From Thermoplasmatota archaeon (GTDB lineage: Archaea; Thermoplasmatota; Penumbrarchaeia; Penumbrarchaeales; Penumbrarchaeaceae): a stretch of DNA of 47,336 nt. The stretch covers positions 1 through 47,336 of the forward strand of contig JARVGK010000011.1 in NCBI GenBank assembly GCA_029762535.1, in the 5' to 3' direction. The notes beneath the pieces were generated by a model. It was not told where the DNA came from and ran no database searches. It saw only the letters and a list, made by a program, of their open reading frames with translations. A program made the position numbers and the translations under genes. The first letter of the stretch is position 1, and each line of letters begins with the position of its first letter. This document shows, piece after piece, positions 1-9,862 of this stretch.

Positions 1-1
1 C

Positions 2-895
2 GTTAACGATCCCCCTCATGTGATCGATCCCCATCTAGTCATCGAGATGGACGAGGACACGGAATTGATCCTTGACCTGAATACGATCTTCGGGGACATA
101 GACGGGGATCCCCTTCTCTATTCTGTCCGTCCCTCGGACAATATCTCTTTCGATGTGAGTGAGAATACCCTCTCGATCGTTCCGAACCCGAACTGGTCCG
201 GATCGGAATATATCCATGTCGAAGCCTTTGACGGCCAGTACCGCATCAACGGCAGCTTCCTCCTCATCGTCAACAACGTCAATGATCCACCGTACGATCT
301 CGTCGTCGAATACAACGAGAGCTATGCGGAGGGATCCCCACAGATCGCGAGGGCGAGCGCGAAGGATCCCGATCTTCCGTACGGGGATACCCTCAACTTC
401 ACGTGGAAGGCGGACGGTGTTGCGATAGGTTACGGTCCCGAGATCGATCTGGGCCTTCCCCCGGGATCATATCTCATAAATGTCACGGTGAGGGACGGAT
501 CCGGTCAATCGATCCATCATGAGTTTGAGATCGAGGTGACAAGCCAATCGAATGGTAAGGAACTGCCCTATCTCGCTTTGATACTGATAGCCCTTTTCAT
601 CATATTGGCGGCTATAGGAATACTTATTTTCATGAGGAGGTCCAAAACGGATCCCGATCCGGGAGTGGACTTATCCGATCGAGATGACATGACAAATGAA
701 GGTATGAATGGGGACCCCCCTGTTCTTGAAGAGGATGGCTCGAAGGATTTGACTGAGGATGAGGCTCTGCCTGTCCCCGAATCGACGATCCCAGAGGAGG
801 CACCTGAAACATCGGAGCAGGTCCCGGAAGTGATGCCAATGGAGGATGTATCCCCGGAATTGATCGAACCCTACGATGATCATACCCCGCCATAG
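2..895 (+). CDS. C-terminal part of a large cell-surface protein (cadherin-like/tandem-95 'VNDPP' repeats + PKD-like domain + TM anchor + acidic tail); 5'-truncated by the window edge
   Basis: The frame is open from base 2 (V-N-D-P-P-H-V...). It has two VNDPP motifs, DIDGDPLLY and PNPNWSG cadherin-like signatures, and a PKD-like 'LNFTW...LPPGSYLINVTVRDG'. A hydrophobic helix LPYLALILIALFIILAAIGILIF is followed by MRRSK and an acidic/Pro-rich tail. Confidence 0.8.
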   Translation, partial: VNDPPHVIDPHLVIEMDEDTELILDLNTIFGDIDGDPLLYSVRPSDNISFDVSENTLSIVPNPNWSGSEYIHVEAFDGQYRINGSFLLIVNNVNDPPYDLVVEYNESYAEGSPQIARASAKDPDLPYGDTLNFTWKADGVAIGYGPEIDLGLPPGSYLINVTVRDGSGQSIHHEFEIEVTSQSNGKELPYLALILIALFIILAAIGILIFMRRSKTDPDPGVDLSDRDDMTNEGMNGDPPVLEEDGSKDLTEDEALPVPESTIPEEAPETSEQVPEVMPMEDVSPELIEPYDDHTPP

Positions 896-951
896 TTCCA
901 CTATGGATGCCATGTCGCTCCTCAGCTTGATACCGTGCTCTCGCTGTTCCG

Positions 952-2793
952 TCACTTCTTCTCAACGAGATATAATATGTCATCCCAGGGATGCCTGTAA
1001 AGCCTCTGCTTCATGCGCTTCTGGTCGAGGGTGTGTCCTATCAGACCGATGGATCTCCCCAGAACGAAGAACCCATTTAGATATCCCAACGATACGATCT
1101 CCTTGAGCTCCTCGTGGGTGAAGAAGTCCGTCCCCCTGAGCATGTCCACCATCAGCACTCCGATGGTCCCGTCCACGTTCAGGATCAGATTCGACTTCTT
1201 CTGGGTGGTGATCCCCTGAACGCCGAGAGCGTAATCCAGGAGGTCCGTTCGTGGGAAGTTCTTGCGAGCATACTCTATGAGTATCGTCACCCTCCCGTCC
1301 GGGTTCTCCAAGGATTTGACGCGATGTCCGATCCCCGGGATCTTGACGTTCTTCCTCTTCATCTCCTCGACGAACTCCCTGGGGGCCAGATCGCGTTCGA
1401 AGGCGTCCTCCATGTACTTCGCGCAGTCGTCGATCGCCCCTCCGAACCTGGGCCCTATGGTCAGCAGTCCTGAGCACAGACACGATATGAGGTCCTTTCC
1501 CGCCCTCGAGGCGATTATGGCGTTGTGCGCTCCAGACACAGCGGGCCCGTGGTCCGCGACTATCATCAGGGCGAGCTCGATGAACTCCGATGCCCACTTC
1601 GGGAACCTCCTTCCGAACCACAGTAAGGATATGACATCCCCCAGCTTACCTCCGCTGTGGACGATCTCCGAGATCGGATACCCTCCGTAGTTCACCTCCT
1701 CGCCCCGGTCGTCGGCGACGGTAGTTATAAAAGATGTCGGCTTGCGTATCATCCCCTTCTTGACCGCCTCGGCGTAGTCGATCGGGATGAGGGGTATGGT
1801 CTCTGGCTCCTTGACGGGAGTGATCCTTCCCTGGTCCTGCAGGGATATGAACGTCCTTGCTATCTCGTCGCCCAGGCTGTCGAAGGATTTCGGTATGATG
1901 GCGCCGGCGCTTTTCAGCGCCGCGTTCTTGGCGTCCGCCGTTTCCCTCTCGTCCCCCGCCTTGGCCCCGGCATGTCCGAACTGGACCTCTGTGGGGAACA
2001 TCTTCGAGCAGGTCCCCATCACCCAGAACACCAACGGCTTGGTCAATAGCCCTTTTTGCAGTGCCTCGACCACGTGGTATTCCTCGTCACCACCTAGCTC
2101 ACCGAGAGCCACCATCATCTTGACCTTCGGGTTCTTCTCGTAGCGGAGGAGATGGTCCAGAAGTCCCGATCCCGGATACTTGTCACCTCCGATGGCCACT
2201 CCTTCGAACACACCATCCGTGTTGTGGGATATGATGTTGAACATCTCGTTGAGCAATCCGCCGGATTTGGTCACAAGGCCTACGGATCCCCTCCTGTAGA
2301 GCTTCTGCTCCTTGATGTTATCGAGCGTCCCTCCGGTGTTCCCCACCTTGAAGGCCCCGGCCCCTATCGCACCCACCGTCGCCGGGCCGATTATGATCTT
2401 CTTGAGCTTCTTCGAAAGGTGGGCGAGCTCCCTCGACCTCCTCTCGGGGACCCCCTCCGCGATGACCGCCACGACCCTGATCCTCTCGTTGAGCAGCGCT
2501 TCCCTGGTGGAGGGGTATGCGGACCTGAACGAGGCGAAGTTCACCATTATATCCACGTCAGGGTGGGCATCGATGGCCTCTTTGATACCAGGATATACCG
2601 GGATCATGATCTCCTTCGTCCCCCAGAAAACTTTATGCACCCCGGTGTTTCCGGGGTTCACAACTGCGGCGACGGAGGGCGTCTCCCTCTGGGAAAGGTA
2701 GTCGAAATCCAGCATCCTCTGTATGGCCCTCTCCTGCAGGTTGTACACGATCGCCTTCGATTCCGTAGAGAACAATAGATACGGCTCCATCAC
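952..2793 (-). CDS. aclA: ATP-citrate lyase alpha subunit (CoA-binding + citryl-CoA lyase domains)
   Basis: Motifs AIQRMLDFDY, IIGPATVG, QFGHAGA (phospho-His), ADHGPAVSGAHN, GIGHRVKSLENPDGRV, LILNVDG, LYRHPWDDI. Translationally coupled to aclB by a GTGATG overlap (start GTG 2793 or ATG 2790). Confidence 0.96.
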   Translation of the reverse strand: MMEPYLLFSTESKAIVYNLQERAIQRMLDFDYLSQRETPSVAAVVNPGNTGVHKVFWGTKEIMIPVYPGIKEAIDAHPDVDIMVNFASFRSAYPSTREALLNERIRVVAVIAEGVPERRSRELAHLSKKLKKIIIGPATVGAIGAGAFKVGNTGGTLDNIKEQKLYRRGSVGLVTKSGGLLNEMFNIISHNTDGVFEGVAIGGDKYPGSGLLDHLLRYEKNPKVKMMVALGELGGDEEYHVVEALQKGLLTKPLVFWVMGTCSKMFPTEVQFGHAGAKAGDERETADAKNAALKSAGAIIPKSFDSLGDEIARTFISLQDQGRITPVKEPETIPLIPIDYAEAVKKGMIRKPTSFITTVADDRGEEVNYGGYPISEIVHSGGKLGDVISLLWFGRRFPKWASEFIELALMIVADHGPAVSGAHNAIIASRAGKDLISCLCSGLLTIGPRFGGAIDDCAKYMEDAFERDLAPREFVEEMKRKNVKIPGIGHRVKSLENPDGRVTILIEYARKNFPRTDLLDYALGVQGITTQKKSNLILNVDGTIGVLMVDMLRGTDFFTHEELKEIVSLGYLNGFFVLGRSIGLIGHTLDQKRMKQRLYRHPWDDILYLVEKK

Positions 2794-4073
2794 TTCACCC
2801 CCCTTGTATCATCGGCGAAGGCCATTGGAATGATCTGGGTCATATGCAGTTCCGGGCCGAAGACCTTTATGGGGATCCCCGTCTCATCGCCGACCTTCCT
2901 CATCTTCTCGAGACCCATCTTGTAATTGGGCCCGCCTCTTCTCACATAGATCCGGACCCCCACCCTCTTCATCCTGTCGGCGTACTCCCTCAGTGCCTGG
3001 ATGATCCCGGTGAATGTGTTTGCGACATCAGTGAAGTTGGCGATCCCCCCTCCGATCACCAGGATCTTATGCTTTCCGCTCTTGTGCTTCTCCTTGGTCA
3101 TCAGGGAGAGTATCGTCCTGGCATAGAGGTAGGTCTCCTCGGTCGAGGGGTTCCCGCTGTACTCGCCGTAGTTCGCCAATTCCTTGCTGTAGCCCAGGTC
3201 CACTATCGTATCAGCATAGACCACTGAAGCGCCCCCTCCGGCGACCATCGTCCATATCCTCCCCTCGGGATTCAGTATGGTCAGCTTCAGCGATGCACCC
3301 GTCTTCTCATCCAGCGATTTTATGTAGGCCTCTTCGGGATTGTTTTCGGCACCGAAGGATGGAGGGAACTCCACATCACCCCAGACCTCCGGGTTCTGGT
3401 AAATTGCCGTGTCATCGATCTTCGCGACCATATCCAGGCAGCTTATCTTGCCATCGACTATGGTGAAGGGGTTGATCTCGAGGTATGTCATGTCATGGCT
3501 CGAGAAGAACTTGTACATCCCCTGTAAAAAGGTCTCGAGGATGATCCTCTGCTCCTTTGGGACCTTTGATAGGATCGGCGATGGATCGAAGGGCCTCTCA
3601 CCAAGGGGATCGACCACGATCTCTACCACGCTGTCCCAGACATCCTCGATGTTGACGCCTCCCTTGGTGGAGAAATATATGACGTCACCGTGGGATTCCA
3701 TCTTCATCGCGACGTAGTACTCCAGCTCGTGGACCACGAAGGGTTCGATGAGGAAATGCGTCAGCTTCCCGGCGGTCCTGCCGACCTTCGCCCTCTTGTT
3801 CATCTTGGTCTTTATGAACTTTATGGCCTCATCGACCGAAGCATCGAGAAGGACCAATCCGGACTTACCCCTCTTTCCGAAGAGCTGGTCCGGTTTGACC
3901 ACCAGCCTCTTGTTGTTCAACCACGGATAATCATCAGCGAGTCGGGAAAGGTCCGTGTTGGGATCGACCATTACCAGATCGCTGTCGAAAGTCAATCGGT
4001 CGTTCGTGTAGCGCTGCATAAGCCTGTAGAATACCCTTTTCGCGTCATACTCCCTTATACCCCTTCGTGCCAT
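2790..4073 (-). CDS. aclB: ATP-citrate lyase beta subunit (ATP-grasp + citrate-binding domain)
   Basis: Motifs LVVKPDQLFGKRGKSGLV, YLEINPF, GASLKLT, GRIWTMVAGGGASVVYADT, ANYGEYSG, GGGIANFTDVA, VRRGGPNY. GGAGGTGA RBS upstream. Confidence 0.96.
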   Translation of the reverse strand: MARRGIREYDAKRVFYRLMQRYTNDRLTFDSDLVMVDPNTDLSRLADDYPWLNNKRLVVKPDQLFGKRGKSGLVLLDASVDEAIKFIKTKMNKRAKVGRTAGKLTHFLIEPFVVHELEYYVAMKMESHGDVIYFSTKGGVNIEDVWDSVVEIVVDPLGERPFDPSPILSKVPKEQRIILETFLQGMYKFFSSHDMTYLEINPFTIVDGKISCLDMVAKIDDTAIYQNPEVWGDVEFPPSFGAENNPEEAYIKSLDEKTGASLKLTILNPEGRIWTMVAGGGASVVYADTIVDLGYSKELANYGEYSGNPSTEETYLYARTILSLMTKEKHKSGKHKILVIGGGIANFTDVANTFTGIIQALREYADRMKRVGVRIYVRRGGPNYKMGLEKMRKVGDETGIPIKVFGPELHMTQIIPMAFADDTRGVK

Positions 4074-4457
4074 GATCAGACCTCACCTCCGGTATGCCTC
4101 GAATTAATATAAAACAACCCCTGAGTATTTGTATTATTGGACCTTAGAATGGATTTATTATTCCTAATTTACGATATTTGATGTTGCTATTAGAACAAAT
4201 TGTCTCAAACCGCAAGGTTGAACACATCCCGATCGATATGAACATGTTATGATATGAAAAATTAAGCTGAGGATCCGTTAGGGACCGTTAATGGAACAAC
4301 AGAGCACTTCTCACATGTCCAAAGAGAAGCCTGAAACCGGCCGTCCTTTGGAAAAGATAATTACCAATAGCCGCGATCAAGTGTTCCGCCTGTCCCCGTT
4401 TCCCCGGCCCTTCGCCGGATCATCGCTTGGCTCCGGGGACGAGATCACAAAGGATGT

Positions 4458-5753
4458 GTGGAAATGTTCCAGGAAAAACAACAGCTAATGAACGGAGACG
4501 ATATCTCGCGCCTGCAGCTCAAGAGATTAAAGGCCCAGGTGAAGCACGCTTACGACAACGTCAGGATGTACAGGGATCGCATGGATAAAGCCGGGATCAA
4601 GGTCGATGACATCAGGAAGCTCGAGGACATATCGAAGATCCCGTTCACAAAGAAGGACGATCTGAGGGACCATTACCCATACGGCATACTGGCGGTCCCG
4701 ATAGAGAACGTCATGAGGCTGCATGCCTCCTCCGGAACGACCGGTATTCCGACCGTTGTATCCTACACCAGGCATGATCTCGACACATGGTCGGACCTCA
4801 TGGCCAGATGCTATTCCTGTGCGGGAGTGACACCCTCCGACATCGTTCAGAACGCGTACGGTTACGGCCTTTTCACCGGGGGGCTCGGCTTCCATATGGG
4901 AGCGGAGAGGCTCGGCGCCCTGGTACTACCAACCGCCACGGGAAACACGAAGAGGCAGATCAAGATGATGAGGGACATGAGAACGACCGTCCTTTGCTGC
5001 ACCCCATCATACAGCCTCTACCTCATCGAGGCGCTCCAGGAGGAGAAGGTCGATCCCTCGGAACTGGACCTTCGCATCGGCATGTTCGGCGCCGAGCCCT
5101 GGTCCGATGAGACCAGGCTGCATATCCAGGACAGCCTGGGCATACGGGCGCAGGACCTCTACGGCATGTCGGAGCTGTACGGGCCGGGCGTGGCCGCTGA
5201 ATGCCCGGAACAGAACGGCCTGCACATATGGTCCGACGAGTTCCTCGTCGAGACGATAGACCCGGACACTGGCGAGGTGCTCTCCCCGGGAGAGAAGGGC
5301 GAAGTGGTCTTCACCATGCTCACGCGTGAGGCCATGCCGCTTCTGAGATACAGGACCAGGGACCTGGCCGTGATCGAATACGAGAAATGCGCATGCGGCA
5401 GGTCGCATCCGAGGATAATGAGGATCAAGGGCCGCTCCGACGATATGCTAATAGTGGGAGGCGTGAACGTGTTCCCGTCCCAGATCGAGGACATACTCGT
5501 CGGGATCGAGGAGCTTGGTGAGCAGTACCAGATCGTCCTCGAGACAGACAGGCTGGACCATCTTTATGTGAAGGTCGAGGTCTCGCCCAAATACTGGAAG
5601 AAGGTGGACATGAAGGAGCTGTCGAGCAAGGTCGTCTCCACCCTGCAGGCATCGCTTACGTTAAGAGCAAAGGTCGAGCTTCTCGAACCCGGTGTCATCC
5701 CAAGGACCGAGGGCAAGGCAAAGAGGGTCATAGACCTCCGCAAGAAGATATGA
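4458..5753 (+). CDS. paaK: Phenylacetate--CoA ligase family (PaaK-like) adenylate-forming enzyme
   Basis: Motifs PFTKKDDLR, HASSGTTG, YGYGLFTGGLG, GAEPWS, YGMSE..GPGVA, LLRYRTRD, GRSDDMLIVGGVNVFPSQIE, GKAKRVIDLR. Start is GTG 4458 or ATG 4464. Confidence 0.92.
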   Translation: MEMFQEKQQLMNGDDISRLQLKRLKAQVKHAYDNVRMYRDRMDKAGIKVDDIRKLEDISKIPFTKKDDLRDHYPYGILAVPIENVMRLHASSGTTGIPTVVSYTRHDLDTWSDLMARCYSCAGVTPSDIVQNAYGYGLFTGGLGFHMGAERLGALVLPTATGNTKRQIKMMRDMRTTVLCCTPSYSLYLIEALQEEKVDPSELDLRIGMFGAEPWSDETRLHIQDSLGIRAQDLYGMSELYGPGVAAECPEQNGLHIWSDEFLVETIDPDTGEVLSPGEKGEVVFTMLTREAMPLLRYRTRDLAVIEYEKCACGRSHPRIMRIKGRSDDMLIVGGVNVFPSQIEDILVGIEELGEQYQIVLETDRLDHLYVKVEVSPKYWKKVDMKELSSKVVSTLQASLTLRAKVELLEPGVIPRTEGKAKRVIDLRKKI

Positions 5754-5908
5754 GCATGTCACACCATGTATCATTTGGTCGGACATCATACAGGCTAGAG
5801 TATCCACATATGAGAATAATGAGGGCATCTCTTTAAATAACCAATAAATTCATCTACAAGTGGATCCGTGTCCAGCGCCCGGAAACACGTGCATCCGGAG
5901 GGCCGAGT

Positions 5909-8900
5909 TTGAGAGCCTCGAGAATAAGCATATCCTTCACTATATCGATGATCATCCTATCGATCCTGTCCGCATCGTTCGTATCAGCACTTGAAGGGGA
6001 GGGCCTTTACGAGGGTGAGACCGTGGAGATCGCCCTCCATCTTTCATTCGATGCTACCGAAATGACCGTCGTTGAGAGCCTGGGGCATTCTCTATTGATC
6101 CATACTGAATACGACATGCCCTCGAAAGAGGGATCTCCTTTCGTCCCCGTTCTTCACTTCAACGTGCTCATACCGGCCGACGCGGGAGAGTACCGACTGG
6201 AGATAAGAGACCTCGAGGAGGCCTTCCTACCGCTATCCCTACCGATCGCGGCGGTCCCGGACCAGGTGCCGATATCCATAGGGTCCGAAGATGAACTTCC
6301 ATATCGACCCTTTTCGACACCGATAAAGGAACCTATGAGCTCACAGGGAGAGGGTAGGATGAGAGGATACCGGATCCTTTCCCTTCGCTACAACCCCGTA
6401 ATGCCCGTTGATGGTGGGGTGAGGATCATAACCTCCATCGAGGCCGCCGTGCTGATCCCGATCGATGAAGAACTGTCCGAGAACGTGCAGTATCCTTCAG
6501 TAGATGACGGTGTCTTCGAGGCCATGGTCGAGGACTCTGTCATCAATTCCGGGGACATGCAGATGTTCGGATCGCTGATGTTCTCGCCCACCGGCAATCT
6601 ACCCGATGGAGACCACAGATACGTACTGATCACGAACCCCGACAAGGTCGGGAGCTCTTTCGATCCCCTCGTGGAGTGGAAGACCAGAAAGGGCGTCCCC
6701 GCGACATCGGTGACCACCAGGTTCATCTACGACAACTATGCTGGAAGGGACGATCAGGAGAGGATCAGGAACTTCATCATCGACGCGGTGGCGACATGGG
6801 ATGCGGAATACGTCCTTCTGGGAGGCGATACCTCCGTGATCCCTTACAGGGGATGCTATGCCAAGGTCGGAAGCTACACACAGAGCGACATCGCCGCCGA
6901 CCTGTACTATTCGGACCTGGACGGGACGTTCAACTACAACAACAACTCGGTATGGGGCGAGACCGGCGACATGGTCGATCTGAGACCGGACGTCCTCGTC
7001 GGCAGGGCCCCGGTCGAGACCGTTTCCGAGGCCGCGGTATTCGTCGAGAAGACGCTCTCGTACGAGCTCGAGCCCCCTTCTGGATACCTCGACAGGGTCC
7101 TTCTCGCGGGCGAGTACCTCGATGCGAACACCAATTCCTCAAGGGGGCTTGACATCATCAAGAACAACCTTTTGCCCCCCAACTCGAACGCGACCTCTCT
7201 CTGGGACGCATCCAGCGGCAAGGCCGGTACGCTCTCGAAGAACAGCTTCATCGCCGGGATCAACCTCGGTACGGGGTTGGCCCTTCACAGCGGCCACTCC
7301 AGCGAGACGGTCATGAGCATGGGATCCCCTGGAGGGGGCACATACAATCTATACAACGGCGACATATCGAAGTACAACGGGGGATACAAGCTCGGGATCG
7401 TCAACTCCATTGGGTGCATAACCACCCGCTTCAATTATAACGACTGCATAGCCGAGAACCATGTCAAGAGGACGGACGGGGGGAGCGTCGCCTATATAGG
7501 CAACTCCAGGTATGGCTGGTACTCGCCGTACAACCCCGGCTACGGGGCATCGGAGAGGTACCAGTATACGATGGTACAACAGCTGTTCTCCAACAAGAGG
7601 ACAGGGATGGGCGAGCATTTCGCCATGGGCAAGAACGCCTACGTCTCCACCGCCGGGTCGAACAACGCCTACAGATGGTGCATGTACGCCCTGAACCTCA
7701 TAGGCGACCCGGAACCGGATGTGAGGACCGCCGAACCCTCGAACCTGACGGTATCCTGCCCGGATCGTATCGGCCTCAACAGCAGCAGGTTCGAGGTCGT
7801 CGTGAAGGACGACGGAGGCCTTCCACTTAAAGGGGCCCTCGTATGCCTGCAGCAGAGCGGGTATTACAACTACACCCGAACCGATGTGTTCGGAAAGGCC
7901 GCTTTCATTTTCCAGTCCAACAGAACCGACCGCGTGAACGTGACGGTGACCGCATGGAACCATCTGCCTTACACGTTGAACATATCCGTCGATATGGAGC
8001 CGCCTTCCATCTCACTGAACGTTTCAGGCAATGCCACCACCGGCGACGAGTTCCACATCCGCTGTAGCGCCACCGACAATTTCGGGGTGGAGAACGTCCG
8101 GGTGTATTACACCCAGGGACCCGACCTCAGGTACGTCAACGAGATGATGCTGTCCGGTTCCAACTCCAGCTACAGCGGGGTCATCACAGTTTTGAACGAC
8201 AGCCTCGAGGACCTAATGATCATGGCCCTCGCCAGGGATATATCCGGCAACGAGGCCCGTACCAATTGGACCGGGATAAAGGTCATCGACAACGATCCGC
8301 CGAGCCTGACCGTCCAGTCCTGTCCGGACCCACCGACAACGGGGGATCCCTTCACGTTCGGGGTCCATGCCTTTGACAATATCGGCATATCCGGAGTGCA
8401 AGCGGAGCTGTACATTGACGAGGAGCTGTTCGATGGCCCGATGGATATGGTTAGCATCGGCGGCGGGCTCTGGACCGCCGCGTTCACGATCCCCTCTGAC
8501 TCGGTCGGCCTGGCATACGCCTCCTTCAAAGCCCATGATGATGCCGGGAATTATGTGGAGATCACGGGGGACACGATACGGATATCCGATAATGACGCGC
8601 CAATTTTCACAGGCGACCTCACCCCGGACATCGCGACCACGGGGGACACTCTCGTCCTGGCAGCTGAATTCACGGACAATATCGGCGTCGCAGGGGTATC
8701 GGCGAGCTGGAGGTATTCGTCCACACAGTTCATGACCACGGTCGATATGGAGTACGATGACGGAGCGTTCAAGGCATACCTGGACATGCCCCCGAACAGA
8801 CTGGAGGATATCGAATACAAGTTCATCTCGGAGGACCTGGCCGGAAACGTGGCCGAGACGGAATTCTTCAATGTAAGGACCGTAGACGACGATCCCCCCA

Positions 8901-9862
8901 CTTTCATCGAGGACAGGACCCCTTCGACGATTGGCGTCGGCGAGACCCTCGAGTTCCTCATACTCGCCTCCGACAACATAAGGATGGGCCCTGTACTGCT
9001 GAACGTACGGCAGGGGGCCGAGATCCTCGCCAGCGACATGTCCATGGACGCCGAGGGTGACACCTTTTACACGATGAGGCTTGCGCTCCCTGGCGATAGG
9101 CTCGACCCCCTGGAATACCACATCGTTTTGACCGATCACAGCGGAAACAGGGCCAATACCACTTCGAGGACCGTATCGGTTGTGGATGAGATAATGCCTG
9201 CCATCGAATGGGACGGGACCGATTCCTCCGCAAACCAGGGAGAGGTCCTTACTTTCCGGATAGACGCCAGGGACAACATCGGGATCGGCTCGGTGGCGGT
9301 CCAATGGTGGATGGGAGGAACGAGCGACAGGAACGAGGTCGATCTCCTGAGCGTGGGCAACGATCTGTGGGCCGGCACATGCCAGGTCCCGGACGATGCA
9401 GTCGGGAACCTGTACTATACTGTCCTTGTGACCGATACCTCCGGCAACGTTCTCGATGCCCCGAGATCGTCCGTATGGATCCTGTTCATACCCGAACCCA
9501 TCGAGGAAGCATCTGAAGACGAGGATCCCCTTCCCGAACCCGGCGAGGACCTGGACAATGACGGGATGGAGGACCTCTGGGAGCTGCGCTACGGCCTTGA
9601 CATATCGTTGAACGACTCGGCCCTTGATGCGGACGGGGACGGGTTCACCAACCTCGAGGAGTTCCTCGCGGGGACCGATCCCACGGACCCGTACGATCGC
9701 CCGGAAAGGATCCCAGCTCCTGCTGATGACGGCGCGATCTACCTTCCGATGCTGGTGCTGCTCATAGGGCTCGCTGCGACGATACTTCTGCTGCTCGTGT
9801 TCTTGGTGGTCAAGCGTTCGAGAGAGAACAGGATCACTCAGGTGGAATGGGACGACGATTGA
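5909..9862 (+). CDS. Secreted, membrane-anchored gingipain-like cysteine peptidase (family C25) with propeptide, five Ig-like repeats, DxDxDG Ca-binding repeats and a C-terminal TM helix
   Basis: N-terminal signal peptide. C25 motifs WKTRKG, IRNFI, YVLLGGD, ADLYYSDLDG, PDVLVGRAP, His in HSGHS, Cys in SIGC, YIGNSRYGW, LNLIGDP. DLDNDGMED/DADGDGFTNLEE repeats and a hydrophobic anchor followed by KRSR. Confidence 0.88.
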   Translation: MRASRISISFTISMIILSILSASFVSALEGEGLYEGETVEIALHLSFDATEMTVVESLGHSLLIHTEYDMPSKEGSPFVPVLHFNVLIPADAGEYRLEIRDLEEAFLPLSLPIAAVPDQVPISIGSEDELPYRPFSTPIKEPMSSQGEGRMRGYRILSLRYNPVMPVDGGVRIITSIEAAVLIPIDEELSENVQYPSVDDGVFEAMVEDSVINSGDMQMFGSLMFSPTGNLPDGDHRYVLITNPDKVGSSFDPLVEWKTRKGVPATSVTTRFIYDNYAGRDDQERIRNFIIDAVATWDAEYVLLGGDTSVIPYRGCYAKVGSYTQSDIAADLYYSDLDGTFNYNNNSVWGETGDMVDLRPDVLVGRAPVETVSEAAVFVEKTLSYELEPPSGYLDRVLLAGEYLDANTNSSRGLDIIKNNLLPPNSNATSLWDASSGKAGTLSKNSFIAGINLGTGLALHSGHSSETVMSMGSPGGGTYNLYNGDISKYNGGYKLGIVNSIGCITTRFNYNDCIAENHVKRTDGGSVAYIGNSRYGWYSPYNPGYGASERYQYTMVQQLFSNKRTGMGEHFAMGKNAYVSTAGSNNAYRWCMYALNLIGDPEPDVRTAEPSNLTVSCPDRIGLNSSRFEVVVKDDGGLPLKGALVCLQQSGYYNYTRTDVFGKAAFIFQSNRTDRVNVTVTAWNHLPYTLNISVDMEPPSISLNVSGNATTGDEFHIRCSATDNFGVENVRVYYTQGPDLRYVNEMMLSGSNSSYSGVITVLNDSLEDLMIMALARDISGNEARTNWTGIKVIDNDPPSLTVQSCPDPPTTGDPFTFGVHAFDNIGISGVQAELYIDEELFDGPMDMVSIGGGLWTAAFTIPSDSVGLAYASFKAHDDAGNYVEITGDTIRISDNDAPIFTGDLTPDIATTGDTLVLAAEFTDNIGVAGVSASWRYSSTQFMTTVDMEYDDGAFKAYLDMPPNRLEDIEYKFISEDLAGNVAETEFFNVRTVDDDPPTFIEDRTPSTIGVGETLEFLILASDNIRMGPVLLNVRQGAEILASDMSMDAEGDTFYTMRLALPGDRLDPLEYHIVLTDHSGNRANTTSRTVSVVDEIMPAIEWDGTDSSANQGEVLTFRIDARDNIGIGSVAVQWWMGGTSDRNEVDLLSVGNDLWAGTCQVPDDAVGNLYYTVLVTDTSGNVLDAPRSSVWILFIPEPIEEASEDEDPLPEPGEDLDNDGMEDLWELRYGLDISLNDSALDADGDGFTNLEEFLAGTDPTDPYDRPERIPAPADDGAIYLPMLVLLIGLAATILLLLVFLVVKRSRENRITQVEWDDD
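7991..9484 (+). repeat. Five tandem ~100-aa Ig-like repeats inside the C25 peptidase
   Basis: The pattern D-x-x-[PAM]-P...(T)G[DE]...DN[IF][GR]...D-x-[AS]-GN occurs five times (DMEPP, DNDPP, DNDAP, DDDPP, DEIMP). It is a protein-level repeat, diverged at the DNA level. Confidence 0.75.

Noticed and set aside
4291-4488. 65-aa ORF upstream of and overlapping paaK, considered as a leader peptide
   Set aside because: It spans the likely promoter, and has no RBS or informative codon runs.
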